Virus record (IMG/VR): IMGVR_UViG_3300042516_004811
Location: 1 to 64,000 of that record
DNA: 64,000 nucleotides
Strand: one strand, 5' to 3'
DNA from: a virus
Shown here piece after piece: positions 16,559-27,194 of this stretch. The position numbers and the translations under genes are program-made. Position 1 is the stretch's first letter; each line of letters starts with the position of its first letter. The notes below the pieces were generated by a model. That model had not been told where the DNA came from. It saw only the letters and a program-made list of their open reading frames with translations, and did not search any database.

Positions 16559-17928
16559 GCTATCAAAAACTTGTCATATTCGACCTTGATGGTGTTCTCA
16601 TTGACTCAAGAGATGTTCATTACGAATCACTTAATAAAGCCCTCGCAAAACACGGTGAGCAGTACATAATTTCACGTGACGAGCACCTATCCAAGTTTGA
16701 TGGGCTTGGTACGAGCAAAAAACTTGAAATGCTTTCTGAATTAAAGGCTCTACCAAGGGAATTGCATAGAGAAATATGGGTCGACAAGCAAAAGGCAACT
16801 ATAGAGATACTTAGCAGGCTTCCGAGAAACTACAACGCAATAGAGATAATGGAATCATTGCGTCAAGATGGGTGGAAGATAGCAGTTGCCAGTAATGCCG
16901 TACGGGAAACGGTAATAGTCTCACTTAACGCAATAGGCGTACTTCATTATGTAAGCCATATTATGAGCAATGAAGACGTTAAGCACCATAAGCCACATCC
17001 AGAAATGTACTGGCGCTGCATGACCAATGTTGGTGCAGTTCCATCAACAACGATTATCATCGAAGATTCACATATTGGACGAGAGGGGGCAATAGCGTCT
17101 GGTGCTCACCTTTATGCAATAAAAGACTCAAACGACCTGGACAAAAACGGTCTTCTGAATCTTGCTAATCAAATATCCAATCAAGATAAACACAAGGTTG
17201 CATGGAGGAACCATAAAATGAACGTTCTTATTCCGATGGCTGGGGCCGGGTCGCGATTTGCCCAGGCTGGCTACACTTTTCCAAAACCCCTTATTGAGGT
17301 TGACGGGAAACCAATGATTCAGTGCGTTGTTGATAACCTGAACATTGATGCGCACTTCATATTCATAGTTCAGGAAGAACATTACGTTAAGTACAACCTA
17401 AATCAGGTTCTACGACTTATTAAGCCTGACTGTGACATTGTTCTGATAAGCGGCATGACAGAGGGCGCGGCCTGCACAACACTCGAAGCAGAGCAGTTCA
17501 TCAATAATGACAACCCATTACTGATTGCTAACTCTGACCAAATTATTGAGTGGGATAGCAACGAATGCCTTTATGCGTTTGATGCAGATTCAATTGATGG
17601 TGGAATTCTCACCTTTAAGTCAACTCACCCCAAGTGGTCGTATGCAAAAATCGGCAGCGATGGGTTTGTTGAAGAAGTTGCTGAAAAAAATCCAATCTCC
17701 GATAACGCAACGGTTGGCATCTACTACTGGAAACGTGGTTCAGACTACGTAAAGTATGCGCATCAGATGATTGATAAAAACATCAGAACAAACAACGAGT
17801 TTTATGTTTGTCCCGTATTTAACGAAGCAATCGGTGATAGCAAGAAAATAAGGGTTAAGGAAGTTTCAAAGATGTGGGGTATTGGAACACCAGAAGACCT
17901 CAACTACTACTTGGAGAACAGGAAATGA
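16555..17928 (+). CDS. HAD phosphatase / sugar nucleotidyltransferase fusion
   Basis: N-terminal FDLDGVLID..KPHP..IEDS; C-terminal IPMAGAGSRF..PKPLI, NSDQ, EK, GTPEDL. Confidence 0.9.
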   Translation: MSYQKLVIFDLDGVLIDSRDVHYESLNKALAKHGEQYIISRDEHLSKFDGLGTSKKLEMLSELKALPRELHREIWVDKQKATIEILSRLPRNYNAIEIMESLRQDGWKIAVASNAVRETVIVSLNAIGVLHYVSHIMSNEDVKHHKPHPEMYWRCMTNVGAVPSTTIIIEDSHIGREGAIASGAHLYAIKDSNDLDKNGLLNLANQISNQDKHKVAWRNHKMNVLIPMAGAGSRFAQAGYTFPKPLIEVDGKPMIQCVVDNLNIDAHFIFIVQEEHYVKYNLNQVLRLIKPDCDIVLISGMTEGAACTTLEAEQFINNDNPLLIANSDQIIEWDSNECLYAFDADSIDGGILTFKSTHPKWSYAKIGSDGFVEEVAEKNPISDNATVGIYYWKRGSDYVKYAHQMIDKNIRTNNEFYVCPVFNEAIGDSKKIRVKEVSKMWGIGTPEDLNYYLENRK

Positions 17929-18632
17929 GCAAGGACAAGAGCGATTATTTATCGATGCAGAACTCATACTACGATGAGTATGCTTCTCAGTGGTCTTTAA
18001 ATTTTAGAGACCCCGTTGTTGGTTCCTATGATGCTCATAATAACTGGTCGGACTACGACACCCATCTTTTTAAGGACTTTAATACCGAAGGCAAGATTGC
18101 ACTTGAGTACGGGTGTGGTCCTGGAAGAAATATCGTAAAGTTCTCTAAGCGGTTCAAGAGGATTGATGGCGTTGATATATCTGCCATAAATATTGAAAAA
18201 GCTGAACTGAATACTGCACACAACAAGGTCACGAAACCAGAACTGTACGTAACCAGTGGCGACAATCTTTCGATGATTAACGACAATACGTATGATGTTG
18301 TTTTTGCTGTCATATGTTTCCAGCACATATGTGTTCACGAGGTTAGATTTAATATCCTGAAAGAAATACACAGGGTTTTAAAACCGGGTGGACAACTGTG
18401 CTTCCAGATGGGGTATGGCGGCAAGGAAGGAATACCAACAGCCGGCTACTACGAAAACATTTATGAAGCAGTGAGCACAAATGGACATGCCGATGTAAGT
18501 ATTACTGACGAATCTGCATTAGTAAATGATTTAGTCGAAAAGATTGGATTTAAGAATTATAAATCCGATATACGTCCAACTGGACCTGGAGATAATCATC
18601 GAAACTGGATATGGGTTCAGGTTGAAAAATGA
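17925..18632 (+). CDS. class I SAM-dependent methyltransferase
   Basis: ALEYGCGPGR, GVDIS, RVLKPGG. Confidence 0.9.
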   Translation: MSKDKSDYLSMQNSYYDEYASQWSLNFRDPVVGSYDAHNNWSDYDTHLFKDFNTEGKIALEYGCGPGRNIVKFSKRFKRIDGVDISAINIEKAELNTAHNKVTKPELYVTSGDNLSMINDNTYDVVFAVICFQHICVHEVRFNILKEIHRVLKPGGQLCFQMGYGGKEGIPTAGYYENIYEAVSTNGHADVSITDESALVNDLVEKIGFKNYKSDIRPTGPGDNHRNWIWVQVEK

Positions 18633-19093
18633 TTCTAATTGCTCATCGAGGCAACACAAAAGGGCCAAACAAAAACCTAGAAAACACAGTTAGTCATATT
18701 GAGTCGGCAATTTCTGATGGTTACGACGTTGAGATAGATATTTGGGGGTTAGGTAATTATCTGTATCTTGGGCATGACGAAGCGAATACAAAAGTAGATA
18801 ATTCATGGCTTGAGCTTCATTCTGGGTCGCTCTGGATTCACTGCAAGAATGTAACCGCTTTATCGATTATGACAGGTTTGTCGTATAACTACTTTTTTCA
18901 CCATACAGATGCATACACAATTACCTCCAAGGGGTACGTATGGGCATACCCAGGCAACCCACCAGCTGGACAATCCACTATTGCTGTTATGCCTGAATTA
19001 TTTACTGGGAAAAGACAAATAAACCTTCATAAATATGCCGGTGTTTGTTCGGACTTTGTTGGAATTATGGGTTTTACGGATAATGAATCGTGA
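18629..19093 (+). CDS. glycerophosphodiester phosphodiesterase-like protein
   Basis: IAHRG...ENT...VEIDIW...GHD, GVCSD. Confidence 0.8.
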   Translation: MILIAHRGNTKGPNKNLENTVSHIESAISDGYDVEIDIWGLGNYLYLGHDEANTKVDNSWLELHSGSLWIHCKNVTALSIMTGLSYNYFFHHTDAYTITSKGYVWAYPGNPPAGQSTIAVMPELFTGKRQINLHKYAGVCSDFVGIMGFTDNES

Positions 19094-19706
19094 ATCAAGC
19101 CTCCATGACATCGGGCTAAAGCATGGCACTGATAAATCCACTTATCACATGTATATGGATGTTTATGAGCGCCATATCGATAAACAAGAAACCTCTTCTT
19201 TTCTGGAGATTGGGGTTCAGGGTGGTTTTTCTCTAAAAGCTTGGCGCGAGTGGTTGCCCAAGGATGCCCATGTTGAGGGTTGGGACATACTTGATGTCCC
19301 AAAAATTGATGGATGCACAACCAGGGTTGTTGACCAATCAAGCAGGACGCAAATGGGGAATAATCTTTTTCCCTCTGGTTACGATGTCATTCTTGATGAT
19401 GGAGGACATACGCCAAAATTAATGGAGACGTCTTTCTCTTTTCTCTTCCCACACTCCAAGATATACATAATCGAAGACCTGCACGCCTGGTGGCTTGGCT
19501 ACACAGAGGATGGCGACAAGACCCCAACTGTAGATTTACTACAGTCAATTTCAGACGGTGGATGGAACTCAAAGTACGCCACCAAAGAGGAATCCGATTA
19601 CGTATCGAGATATGCAAAACTATCCGAGGTATTTTTCCGTGGGGAAAGGGAAGCGCCAGATTCAATGACTGCAATAATTTACAATATGGAGAAATTCAAT
19701 GATTAA
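19083..19706 (+). CDS. sugar O-methyltransferase-like SAM methyltransferase
   Basis: GTDK..H.Y, FLEIGV.GG.SL, DQS, ILDDGGH, YIIEDL. Confidence 0.8.
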   Translation: MNRESSLHDIGLKHGTDKSTYHMYMDVYERHIDKQETSSFLEIGVQGGFSLKAWREWLPKDAHVEGWDILDVPKIDGCTTRVVDQSSRTQMGNNLFPSGYDVILDDGGHTPKLMETSFSFLFPHSKIYIIEDLHAWWLGYTEDGDKTPTVDLLQSISDGGWNSKYATKEESDYVSRYAKLSEVFFRGEREAPDSMTAIIYNMEKFND

Positions 19707-20496
19707 GGAAATTGATTACCAGAAACATTTCGTGATTGGCACGCCACTTGTTGGCTGGAAGTGCGATGCCGGAGAGCATCTTGACTGGATTGCTTATCGT
19801 AAACAAATTTCATCAATGTTCCCAAATGTTAAGTGGTTTGCTGCTTTTGAACTTGACGCCAGGGGTATTGAGCCGTTCGGTGAAGTGATTAATGCACTCA
19901 AACAAGTAAATGGCGATTACTGGACCTACTCGGTTAACGATATGCAAGAAAAAGTCACATCCTCCAATCGTTGGATTCGAATAGAAACAGGCAGGAACCT
20001 AATTAGAGAGTTCACACAAAGACACAGAGTGACATCCGGTCATCACTGGGGTGAAGACTGCACTGAGGAGAATATGGGTGTTGTCAACTATCAGGCAGTC
20101 CTTTATGTTGACTCAGACATGAAGCTAACGCCGGATGTTGTGCAGAAGATGCTTGAGGTGGATAGGCCGCTGGTTGGGGCAAACGTGAATGCATATGGTC
20201 TTTCTGGGCCAAAGGTTTGCAGTAACCCGCCAATCGAGGAGCACTGGACAACGGCTGGCTGCCTGCTTGTAAATTCTCCAGCATTTTATGACCTCCCCTG
20301 GTATCACAATTCATATCTCAATCTAAGTGACGACCCAAGCTTTCAATCAATGGCCGAAAGACTTCTCAGAAGAGAAGGCATTAACAATCTCGATACAACC
20401 TATGGCATGACGTGGGTTCGCAAGGATATAAATGTTGGCCACAACGGAAATCTTGTTCCAGTAGAAGAAAGAAATATTGCTGACCGTACCTTGTAA
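19699..20496 (+). CDS. GT-A-like glycosyltransferase
   Basis: GRN, LYVDSD, AGCLLV, SDDP.F. Confidence 0.55.
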   Translation: MIKEIDYQKHFVIGTPLVGWKCDAGEHLDWIAYRKQISSMFPNVKWFAAFELDARGIEPFGEVINALKQVNGDYWTYSVNDMQEKVTSSNRWIRIETGRNLIREFTQRHRVTSGHHWGEDCTEENMGVVNYQAVLYVDSDMKLTPDVVQKMLEVDRPLVGANVNAYGLSGPKVCSNPPIEEHWTTAGCLLVNSPAFYDLPWYHNSYLNLSDDPSFQSMAERLLRREGINNLDTTYGMTWVRKDINVGHNGNLVPVEERNIADRTL

Positions 20497-20548
20497 ATAA
20501 TGGCGCGAGGTACATTGGTCCACTAACAATTTTTGGCGTAATGTAAAA

Positions 20549-22414
20549 TTGCTTTCTGTAAGGAGAAAGCAATTGCTAACTAAACGCTTTTTTCGGATAC
20601 TACCGAATGCCATAATTTTAATTCCAATACTGTTTCTGGTGTCATTCATGACAGTCGGTCATGCAATGGCGCCAAATCTTCTGCAGAATGGCAATTTTTC
20701 AGCAGGAATAAGTGGTTGGACTGGGGGAAATGGCGGTCCTGGTTGTCAATCTGGGTTGCCGTCAGTAGGTGAATGGTCGGCCAATTCAGTTACATTTTCA
20801 TACATACAGAATGCCATATATCAAGATGTGGTTGTAGAAAATCCATCAACGCTGCTGCTTACTTATGATGCAGTAAACCGGCCTGAAGAGTGGATAAACG
20901 GCAAGGTTCAAGTTTTAATTTCTGGACCAAATGCAACAATTGATTCAGGTTGGATTATCCCACCAAGAATCAAATCTCAATTTTCCTTAGAGTATGAAAC
21001 GGTTCAGCCTGGAGAGACTCTAAGAATTTCCATATCGGGCGACGATAATGGTCTTTTTTGGGCTGGATGTTACGGACCAAACGTAAGCAACATGTCACTG
21101 GTGGTAATCGAAGAGGTAACACCATGGCCAGAACATGTGTCTGGAACAGCATTTGAGGGCAGCTCGTTAACATTATCCGCCCCAGAGGGCAATCAATTCA
21201 GCGAGGTTCTTTTTGCCAGCTATGGCACCCCCAATGAAATGGAGATTGGTTCCTGTCATGCGCAGAATAGCCAAGAAATAGTTGAACAGGTCTTTATTGG
21301 GCAACAGACTGCAACCATAAACGCATCAAATAGCGTGTTCGGAGACCCGTGCGAGAGCACATATAAAAAACTAACGGTTGCTATTGCTTATGCGCCTATT
21401 GCGACAACCACAACTCTGCCGGAATCAACAACTACGGAACCCCCAGTAGAAACTACCCTGCCTCCAGTGGAGACTACTCTCCCCCCTGAGACAACCCTTC
21501 CTCCGGTGGAAACGACTCTGCCTCCAGAGACCACAGTTCCTCCAACTCTTCCTCCTCAGACAACGGTGCCTGTTCCCAGTACAACCAGTCCTTCTCAACC
21601 GTCCGTGCCAGAAAATACCCAGACAACGCCCCCAACAACACTATTACCTGAAACACCAGAAGAATCACCTGAAAATCTTACCCCAGAAGAACCAATAAAT
21701 ATAGACGAAATAACCGAAGGTGGAATTACGGCAGAAGAAGCAGTGGAAGCAATATCCAGTCCTGAACTTCTACAAGAAATATCAGCCTCTGAGGCCGTTG
21801 AGCTTTTCTCTGCCCTTGATGAATCCGAAATATCGGAAGAAGAAGCGGCAGAAATTATTGCTGCAGTCCAGGATGCACCAGAAGAAATACGCGAGGCATT
21901 CGAAGATACGGTTGATGTTTTTGGCGGAAACTTTGATGAATACATCATGGTGGATTCAAAAGTCAATGTAGGCGACAGAAGAACGCTTGTAGCTGTCAGT
22001 GTCGTTAGCTCCATAGCAACCCTTGCTGCTGCACCGGCAATGCCAACAAGAAGCGGTGGAGCGCCATCTCCGGCACCGTCTGGTGGTTCTGCGCCAACTA
22101 CTGGGTCAGTACAGGCCTCAAAAAGGGAAGATGAAGAAGAAAGCGAGCCAGTCGGGGAAATCGCTGGCGACGGGGTGGATTGGATTAAGTCAATATCTAT
22201 TTACAAGGAAATAGACGGAGAGAGAGTAATGAGCTGGAAAGCATTTATTAAAAAATTCCTGTTCGGGATAATGAACTTGGGCTTCACGATTTCTGGCTCG
22301 ATTGTGGTGTACTTCACCCTTTCGGGAACAATCCAGAAAATCGCCCTATTCAGCACGCTTGCAGCGTTTGCTGCTGCGATGTTTTTACATATGCAAGAAC
22401 CGGAAGGAGAGTGA
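20549..22414 (+). CDS. membrane protein with a SUEL/Gal_Lectin domain and a Pro/Thr-rich stalk
   Basis: N-terminal hydrophobic signal, FASYGTP..GSCHA..NS..FGDPC..TYKKL, PPVETTL repeats, C-terminal TM helices; true start uncertain. Confidence 0.75.
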   Translation: MLSVRRKQLLTKRFFRILPNAIILIPILFLVSFMTVGHAMAPNLLQNGNFSAGISGWTGGNGGPGCQSGLPSVGEWSANSVTFSYIQNAIYQDVVVENPSTLLLTYDAVNRPEEWINGKVQVLISGPNATIDSGWIIPPRIKSQFSLEYETVQPGETLRISISGDDNGLFWAGCYGPNVSNMSLVVIEEVTPWPEHVSGTAFEGSSLTLSAPEGNQFSEVLFASYGTPNEMEIGSCHAQNSQEIVEQVFIGQQTATINASNSVFGDPCESTYKKLTVAIAYAPIATTTTLPESTTTEPPVETTLPPVETTLPPETTLPPVETTLPPETTVPPTLPPQTTVPVPSTTSPSQPSVPENTQTTPPTTLLPETPEESPENLTPEEPINIDEITEGGITAEEAVEAISSPELLQEISASEAVELFSALDESEISEEEAAEIIAAVQDAPEEIREAFEDTVDVFGGNFDEYIMVDSKVNVGDRRTLVAVSVVSSIATLAAAPAMPTRSGGAPSPAPSGGSAPTTGSVQASKREDEEESEPVGEIAGDGVDWIKSISIYKEIDGERVMSWKAFIKKFLFGIMNLGFTISGSIVVYFTLSGTIQKIALFSTLAAFAAAMFLHMQEPEGE

Positions 22415-22481
22415 TGCTGACAACAAACATTTTAAGGTAAAGACCTATTTAATGAAAGCTTTAATAATGTACACTGATTTG

Positions 22482-22718
22482 ATGGAAGCAATTACGGTAG
22501 CTGTCATCGGTATGGTCGGTGGGATAATCGTTGCTTTCGTTGAAAAGGGTCGTCGGGACAACCGCAATGACCATCTGGCTACCTCTGAAAAACTTGACTT
22601 AGTTGGGAAATCCTTGGGCCGCTCAATCGACAGGATTGAAAAAGCCGTGGAGAGAACTGAGGAAAAAATCGACCAGCATATCCGCGACCACGCCAAGGGA
22701 GTTTTTGACGATGAGTAA
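22482..22718 (+). CDS. single-TM coiled-coil membrane protein, possibly lysis-associated
   Basis: TM segment, then a coiled coil ending IDQHIRDH; TACACT 6 nt before ATG (leaderless). Confidence 0.6.
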   Translation: MEAITVAVIGMVGGIIVAFVEKGRRDNRNDHLATSEKLDLVGKSLGRSIDRIEKAVERTEEKIDQHIRDHAKGVFDDE

Positions 22719-22926
22719 GGGTAAGAAGCCAGCCAAGCCAATAGCAGGTCAGTCAAGAACACAGACCTTGGACCCCAATATCTATGGTGTACAGGTTAAG
22801 TATCTTGGCATGAAGGGCTCCCCATCTGTTTGCGCTAAGTGCGGAAAAGGCACTTTACGCGGAATGGTGCGGATTCTTGGTGAAAAGAGCTACTGCTCGG
22901 TTACTTGCGTAACTTCCGACAAATAG
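22711..22926 (+). CDS. small Zn-ribbon protein
   Basis: CAKC...CSVTC; overlaps the upstream stop. Confidence 0.55.
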   Translation: MSKGKKPAKPIAGQSRTQTLDPNIYGVQVKYLGMKGSPSVCAKCGKGTLRGMVRILGEKSYCSVTCVTSDK

Positions 22927-23014
22927 ACACACCCGCAGGGTGATTTCAGTAAAAATCTAATTTTTATACTGAAACCGTTTCATTAAACTATTTGTCTACA
23001 AGGATATTACAAAA

Positions 23015-23266
23015 GTGAAGAAAGAACTACTATCCAACATCCTTCTCAGGATTCTCGCCACGTTTGCCGCCTCTGGCCTTGGCGTTATCGGTGCCGGAGC
23101 AATAGCCGGCATCCAAATGACACAAGCTGTCCTAATGGCCGGCATTGCTGGAGTTGCCACGGTTATTGAGGGTTTGGCTCGCGCATTCCTCGATGATGGG
23201 AAACTAACAAAAGAGGAAATTAACGCTGTATTTGCGAAGGTAGATAAGAAAGTCGCCAAGGACTAA
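23015..23266 (+). CDS. holin-like two-TM protein
   Basis: Two TM helices, charged C-terminus DDGKLTKEEI. Confidence 0.55.
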   Translation: MKKELLSNILLRILATFAASGLGVIGAGAIAGIQMTQAVLMAGIAGVATVIEGLARAFLDDGKLTKEEINAVFAKVDKKVAKD

Positions 23267-23405
23267 TCTCCGGCAGACCCTTATACCAGATAAATATTAC
23301 GCCACTAAGCAAATATCGAGTGCTACCGTGTTCTCACGAAGAGAAGTTCTTCGTCCAGGGGGATGAAGTGATTTTTTCAGATTTATCCAAACGGAACGGT
23401 AACCG

Positions 23406-23765
23406 GTGGCACGCAAAGAAGAAATCGAGCAGGTTTGGCACAACGACGGCCACCGCTTAATCCTGCGTATAAATCGCGCAGAATTAGAGGTGCTCGAAGT
23501 CATCTGCCCCCACGAAACAGGAAGCGGTCCGTGCAGGGACCGGAAGAATGAGTGTGTGGTGCGCCTGTTTGTCTACAGATTTGGTATGGACTGCAACGGG
23601 GGTGTTTGCCCGCCATCACAGCAGATTCCAATCTGCTGGACAATAACTGGAGACATAGACGATATGGACGCGTCCCAGGTTTGGTTCATGCCGTTAACTG
23701 ATGAGATATTCAGTGCCTGGATGGTTTCAAACGGTCTTGACCCTAATCCGCCTGCATCTTCATAA
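23406..23765 (+). CDS. hypothetical Cys-rich protein
   Basis: ORF with plausible composition. Confidence 0.55.
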   Translation: MARKEEIEQVWHNDGHRLILRINRAELEVLEVICPHETGSGPCRDRKNECVVRLFVYRFGMDCNGGVCPPSQQIPICWTITGDIDDMDASQVWFMPLTDEIFSAWMVSNGLDPNPPASS

Positions 23766-24225
23766 TATTTCGCTTATCGGCAGAGTTTCGCAACTCCAAT
23801 TTCTTGCGGAAGCCGTATTCAACATCCGCAAGAATCTTGTCTTCGATTTCTAAAGCTTTTTCGTCTACTCCAAAAACATAGTTTGAGGCGTTGGAAAGCT
23901 TTGCCCTAACATCGGCCATATACCTTGGTCCAAGGAGTCGGCTCTTGAGGGCCGCCCTGTAGGCCACGGTTGCGCTAATAGCAGAAACCCCCTGCTGCGT
24001 GATGCACCACAAATTCTTATCTACCTGACGCAGGTAGCCCATCTTCTCAAGAGACCTTGCCGTGCCATTGAATGCTTCTTTTGGTCTGCTCATTTTATTG
24101 AAGTAGCCAGAAATACACGACATGCACCTATCTGCTGTAAAAGGTTCAGAAATCATTTTTCCGAAACAAAGCATTGCGTACATTCTTGTCCCGTACGGAA
24201 CTTTTATCTCTCGCCCAGATGCCAT
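23743..24225 (-). CDS. hypothetical protein, possible winged helix
   Basis: SLEKMGYL....WCITQQG resembles a wing. Confidence 0.45.
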   Translation of the reverse strand: MASGREIKVPYGTRMYAMLCFGKMISEPFTADRCMSCISGYFNKMSRPKEAFNGTARSLEKMGYLRQVDKNLWCITQQGVSAISATVAYRAALKSRLLGPRYMADVRAKLSNASNYVFGVDEKALEIEDKILADVEYGFRKKLELRNSADKRNIMKMQAD

Positions 24226-24238
24226 GACGAGATGATAC

Positions 24239-24679
24239 CTAGAACGGTGAGTCGTCTTCTACTTCTGGCGATGAATCTTTTTCCCCACCAAGTCGCGTGA
24301 TTGCCTTCAAAAACTGCTGTATATCAGGTTGAGAAAGAATCAGAGAATTATTTAATCTATAGACATTTTGTCGGTTCACTTTTGTCTTTGTAATTAGTCC
24401 TGCAGCAATCAATTGCTTTACCGTTTTATCAATCATTGTTTCGCTCAGGTCGAGGTAGACGGAGATTGCTCGAATTGTCATTGTTGGGTCATCAGCCAAA
24501 GAAACCAGAACTCTTCCAGCAGTAGATAGAAGACTTATATCTTCACCTTTGTGGTATCTAAATATCTTCTTGTCATCAAGAGCTTGAAGCACTTTTTCAA
24601 CAGCAGCCGTATCTCCGCCGGTAGAAGCCAGAACCTCTTCAAGGACTTTCTTTATTTCTTCTGACTTTTGATTTTTCAC
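24239..24679 (-). CDS. MarR/ArsR-like winged-HTH regulator
   Basis: MTIRAISVYLDLSETMIDKTVKQLIAAGLITKTKVNRQNVY. Confidence 0.8.
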   Translation of the reverse strand: MKNQKSEEIKKVLEEVLASTGGDTAAVEKVLQALDDKKIFRYHKGEDISLLSTAGRVLVSLADDPTMTIRAISVYLDLSETMIDKTVKQLIAAGLITKTKVNRQNVYRLNNSLILSQPDIQQFLKAITRLGGEKDSSPEVEDDSPF

Positions 24680-24790
24680 GACATATCTCCACGTGGGGTT
24701 CCCGGTGGTGTACTATTGTGGAAATCACTGCGACCAGCAGTGAGACCACCACATCCATCTATCCCAAACACTAGCAGGCGGGGGAATAAA

Positions 24791-25069
24791 ATGCTGAAAG
24801 ATGCGCTATCCAACCTTATCGAGAAGGCCGAGTCAGGCCGACCGAAAGAATGCAAAATTTGCAAAATAGTCAATGAGCAGGACTCTGAGACTGCGGAAAT
24901 AATTATTAAAACTTTTCAGAGTGATGCCTCAACTATGTCAATCGTTCGTGCCCTCAACTCTGAGGGCATCAATCTATCCAGGGAATACCTGGGCGAGAAG
25001 CGCAAGGTCTGCTTCAAGGACCCCAACTCCAACTGCGCGCTCATGAGCAATAAAAAAGGCGGTAAGTAA
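24791..25069 (+). CDS. hypothetical CxxC protein
   Basis: CKIC motif, RBS, upstream of the phosphoesterase. Confidence 0.55.
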   Translation: MLKDALSNLIEKAESGRPKECKICKIVNEQDSETAEIIIKTFQSDASTMSIVRALNSEGINLSREYLGEKRKVCFKDPNSNCALMSNKKGGK

Positions 25070-25071
25070 CC

Positions 25072-26319
25072 ATGGCTCAGAAGAAACCAACAGAACGAGC
25101 CACAGCTCATAAGAAACCAGCACTTGGCTCAAACTTAAAGTCTATTATGGATGATGCCAACAAGAGCGAGAAGGACAAGCAGTCCAAGAAGATGCTCAAT
25201 GATATCGCCGCCATGCTTTCCCGAAAAGGTATTGACATTTCGGAAGTTGGCACTGTCAACAAAGTGTCGTTGTATCAGACGGTTACAAAAGACGAGGATG
25301 GCAATACTCAGGTCCATGATTTGCAGGCTATTCAGTTCAGTCCTGCATGGGAGACTGGCCCAGAATGGCCGGTGGTTACCCAGGGCCCTTCAATACAACT
25401 ACAAAAGCCAAAGACAAAAGCTGCACCCCCTAAGGGGTGGCATACGGCTGTCATAGTGCCTGATATACAGATTGGTTTTTACCGTAAATCATTGGATGAC
25501 TACGAGTTGGAGCCAATTCATGACGAAAAAGCAATTGCTGTCGCTCTTGAGGTAATCCGTGAAATGCAACCCCAGCAGGTTGTCATGGTTGGCGACAACC
25601 TAGACTTCGCTGAATTTGGCAAATATTTGACCGCAGCTCCATTTAAGCAGCTCGTTCAGGCATCGATTGACAGAGCCACAATGCTTTGCGCGCAGATGAG
25701 AGAAGCCGCTCCCCATGCTGAAATCACATGGATTGCTGGAAACCACGAGGCCAGAATGGCCAGATATATCCAGACAAACGCTGAGGCAGCTTTCGGCATC
25801 ACCCGAGGAAAAGTAGATAAATTTAGAGAGAACTGGCCTGTGTTGTCCGTCCCATTCCTTTGCCGAATGGACGAATTTGATGTCAAGTACCTGCCTGGGT
25901 ACCCAGAGTCGGCTCACTATATCAACTCCAACCTAGTGGTTGTCCATGGTGACAAGGTTGTCTCAAACAACTCGACTACAAAGAAGTATCTGGACAACGA
26001 GCGTATATCAGTCATCTATGGACATATCCACAGAAACGAACTCGCCTACCGCACCTACCGCACTGACCATGGCCCGAGAACAATCATGGCAGCAAGCCCT
26101 GGATGCCTCTGCCGAGTGGACGGCGCAGTACCTTCCACGAAATCCGGCATGGACGAATTCGGTAGACCAATCCTTCAGGGTGCCGAAAACTGGCAGCAGG
26201 GTCTAGGCATAGTCACGTATCAGCCTTTCGGGGTTGGCGATGAGTGGTTCAACTATGAGCCAATGTGGATTTATAACGGCCGGGGAATCCTGAGAGGCAA
26301 GGAATATAAAACCTTATGA
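25072..26319 (+). CDS. calcineurin-like metallophosphoesterase
   Basis: PDIQ, GDNLD, GNHE, HG, GHIH motifs. Confidence 0.85.
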   Translation: MAQKKPTERATAHKKPALGSNLKSIMDDANKSEKDKQSKKMLNDIAAMLSRKGIDISEVGTVNKVSLYQTVTKDEDGNTQVHDLQAIQFSPAWETGPEWPVVTQGPSIQLQKPKTKAAPPKGWHTAVIVPDIQIGFYRKSLDDYELEPIHDEKAIAVALEVIREMQPQQVVMVGDNLDFAEFGKYLTAAPFKQLVQASIDRATMLCAQMREAAPHAEITWIAGNHEARMARYIQTNAEAAFGITRGKVDKFRENWPVLSVPFLCRMDEFDVKYLPGYPESAHYINSNLVVVHGDKVVSNNSTTKKYLDNERISVIYGHIHRNELAYRTYRTDHGPRTIMAASPGCLCRVDGAVPSTKSGMDEFGRPILQGAENWQQGLGIVTYQPFGVGDEWFNYEPMWIYNGRGILRGKEYKTL

Positions 26320-26552
26320 GCAGTTGGCGCGAGGATGATGAGACCTATCAGAGAATTCTCAGAGAATTAGAGACTCTAGTTAAGGCAGGTCTGATTGAAG
26401 TCACTGGAATCACCGATGATGGTCAGTGGCTATACAGCATGACGCCCATTGCCAAAGAAATAATCGAGTCCCTTGACCCTACCGATAACGAGACCCTCGC
26501 ACGCATCCTCGTAGATATCATTGACAACCTCGATGAGGACGGCAATATCTAA
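26316..26552 (+). CDS. hypothetical protein
   Basis: Overlap-coupled within the operon. Confidence 0.6.
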   Translation: MSSWREDDETYQRILRELETLVKAGLIEVTGITDDGQWLYSMTPIAKEIIESLDPTDNETLARILVDIIDNLDEDGNI

Positions 26553-27184
26553 TGACGACGCTCGTTGGTGTTCAGGGAGACGGATTTGCCGTCGTTGGGG
26601 CTGATGGTCTCATCACCTCCTATGACGAGGCGGGCAGCGCATACCAAAAGTCAGTTCTGGCATCAGGCTCATCCAAGGTATTTACTAATGGGAAGTATAT
26701 ACTGGGAGCAGCTGGAGACGTTAGGGCAATCAACCTCCTCCAGCACGCATTCCAGCCACCAACTCCTACGCCGGGAATGAGGGGAAAGAAGCTCGATTCC
26801 TTCATTACAGTTAAATTTATCCCAGCATTGAGAGCCTGCTTTGACCAGCATGGCTACTCACCCCCAGAGAGCAAAGACAGCAAAGACCATATTGCTCAAC
26901 ATGACTCAACAATCTTGACAGTAGTCAACTCAACTATCTACATGATTGAGGGGGACTACTCCTGGATAAACGAGGCAACCGGCTTTTACGTCGCCGGCAC
27001 TGGCGGAGCCTATGCATTGGGTGCCTTGCAGGCTATATCGGATGGCAAGAAGCTAACCCAGGAAAAGGCAAAAGCCACAGTGGTCAAGGCCCTCACAATC
27101 GCAGCTAAATATGACCCCAACTCTGGACCCCCATATCAGACAGTCATCCAGAGCGTCGAAAAACCGGAATCCTCCCGAAGGTAA
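26552..27184 (+). CDS. Ntn-hydrolase, proteasome-beta/HslV-like peptidase
   Basis: N-terminal MTT, ADG, K, GAAG, AGTGGAYALGAL, D..SG. Confidence 0.8.
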   Translation: MTTLVGVQGDGFAVVGADGLITSYDEAGSAYQKSVLASGSSKVFTNGKYILGAAGDVRAINLLQHAFQPPTPTPGMRGKKLDSFITVKFIPALRACFDQHGYSPPESKDSKDHIAQHDSTILTVVNSTIYMIEGDYSWINEATGFYVAGTGGAYALGALQAISDGKKLTQEKAKATVVKALTIAAKYDPNSGPPYQTVIQSVEKPESSRR

Positions 27185-27194
27185 TTAGATAAAT

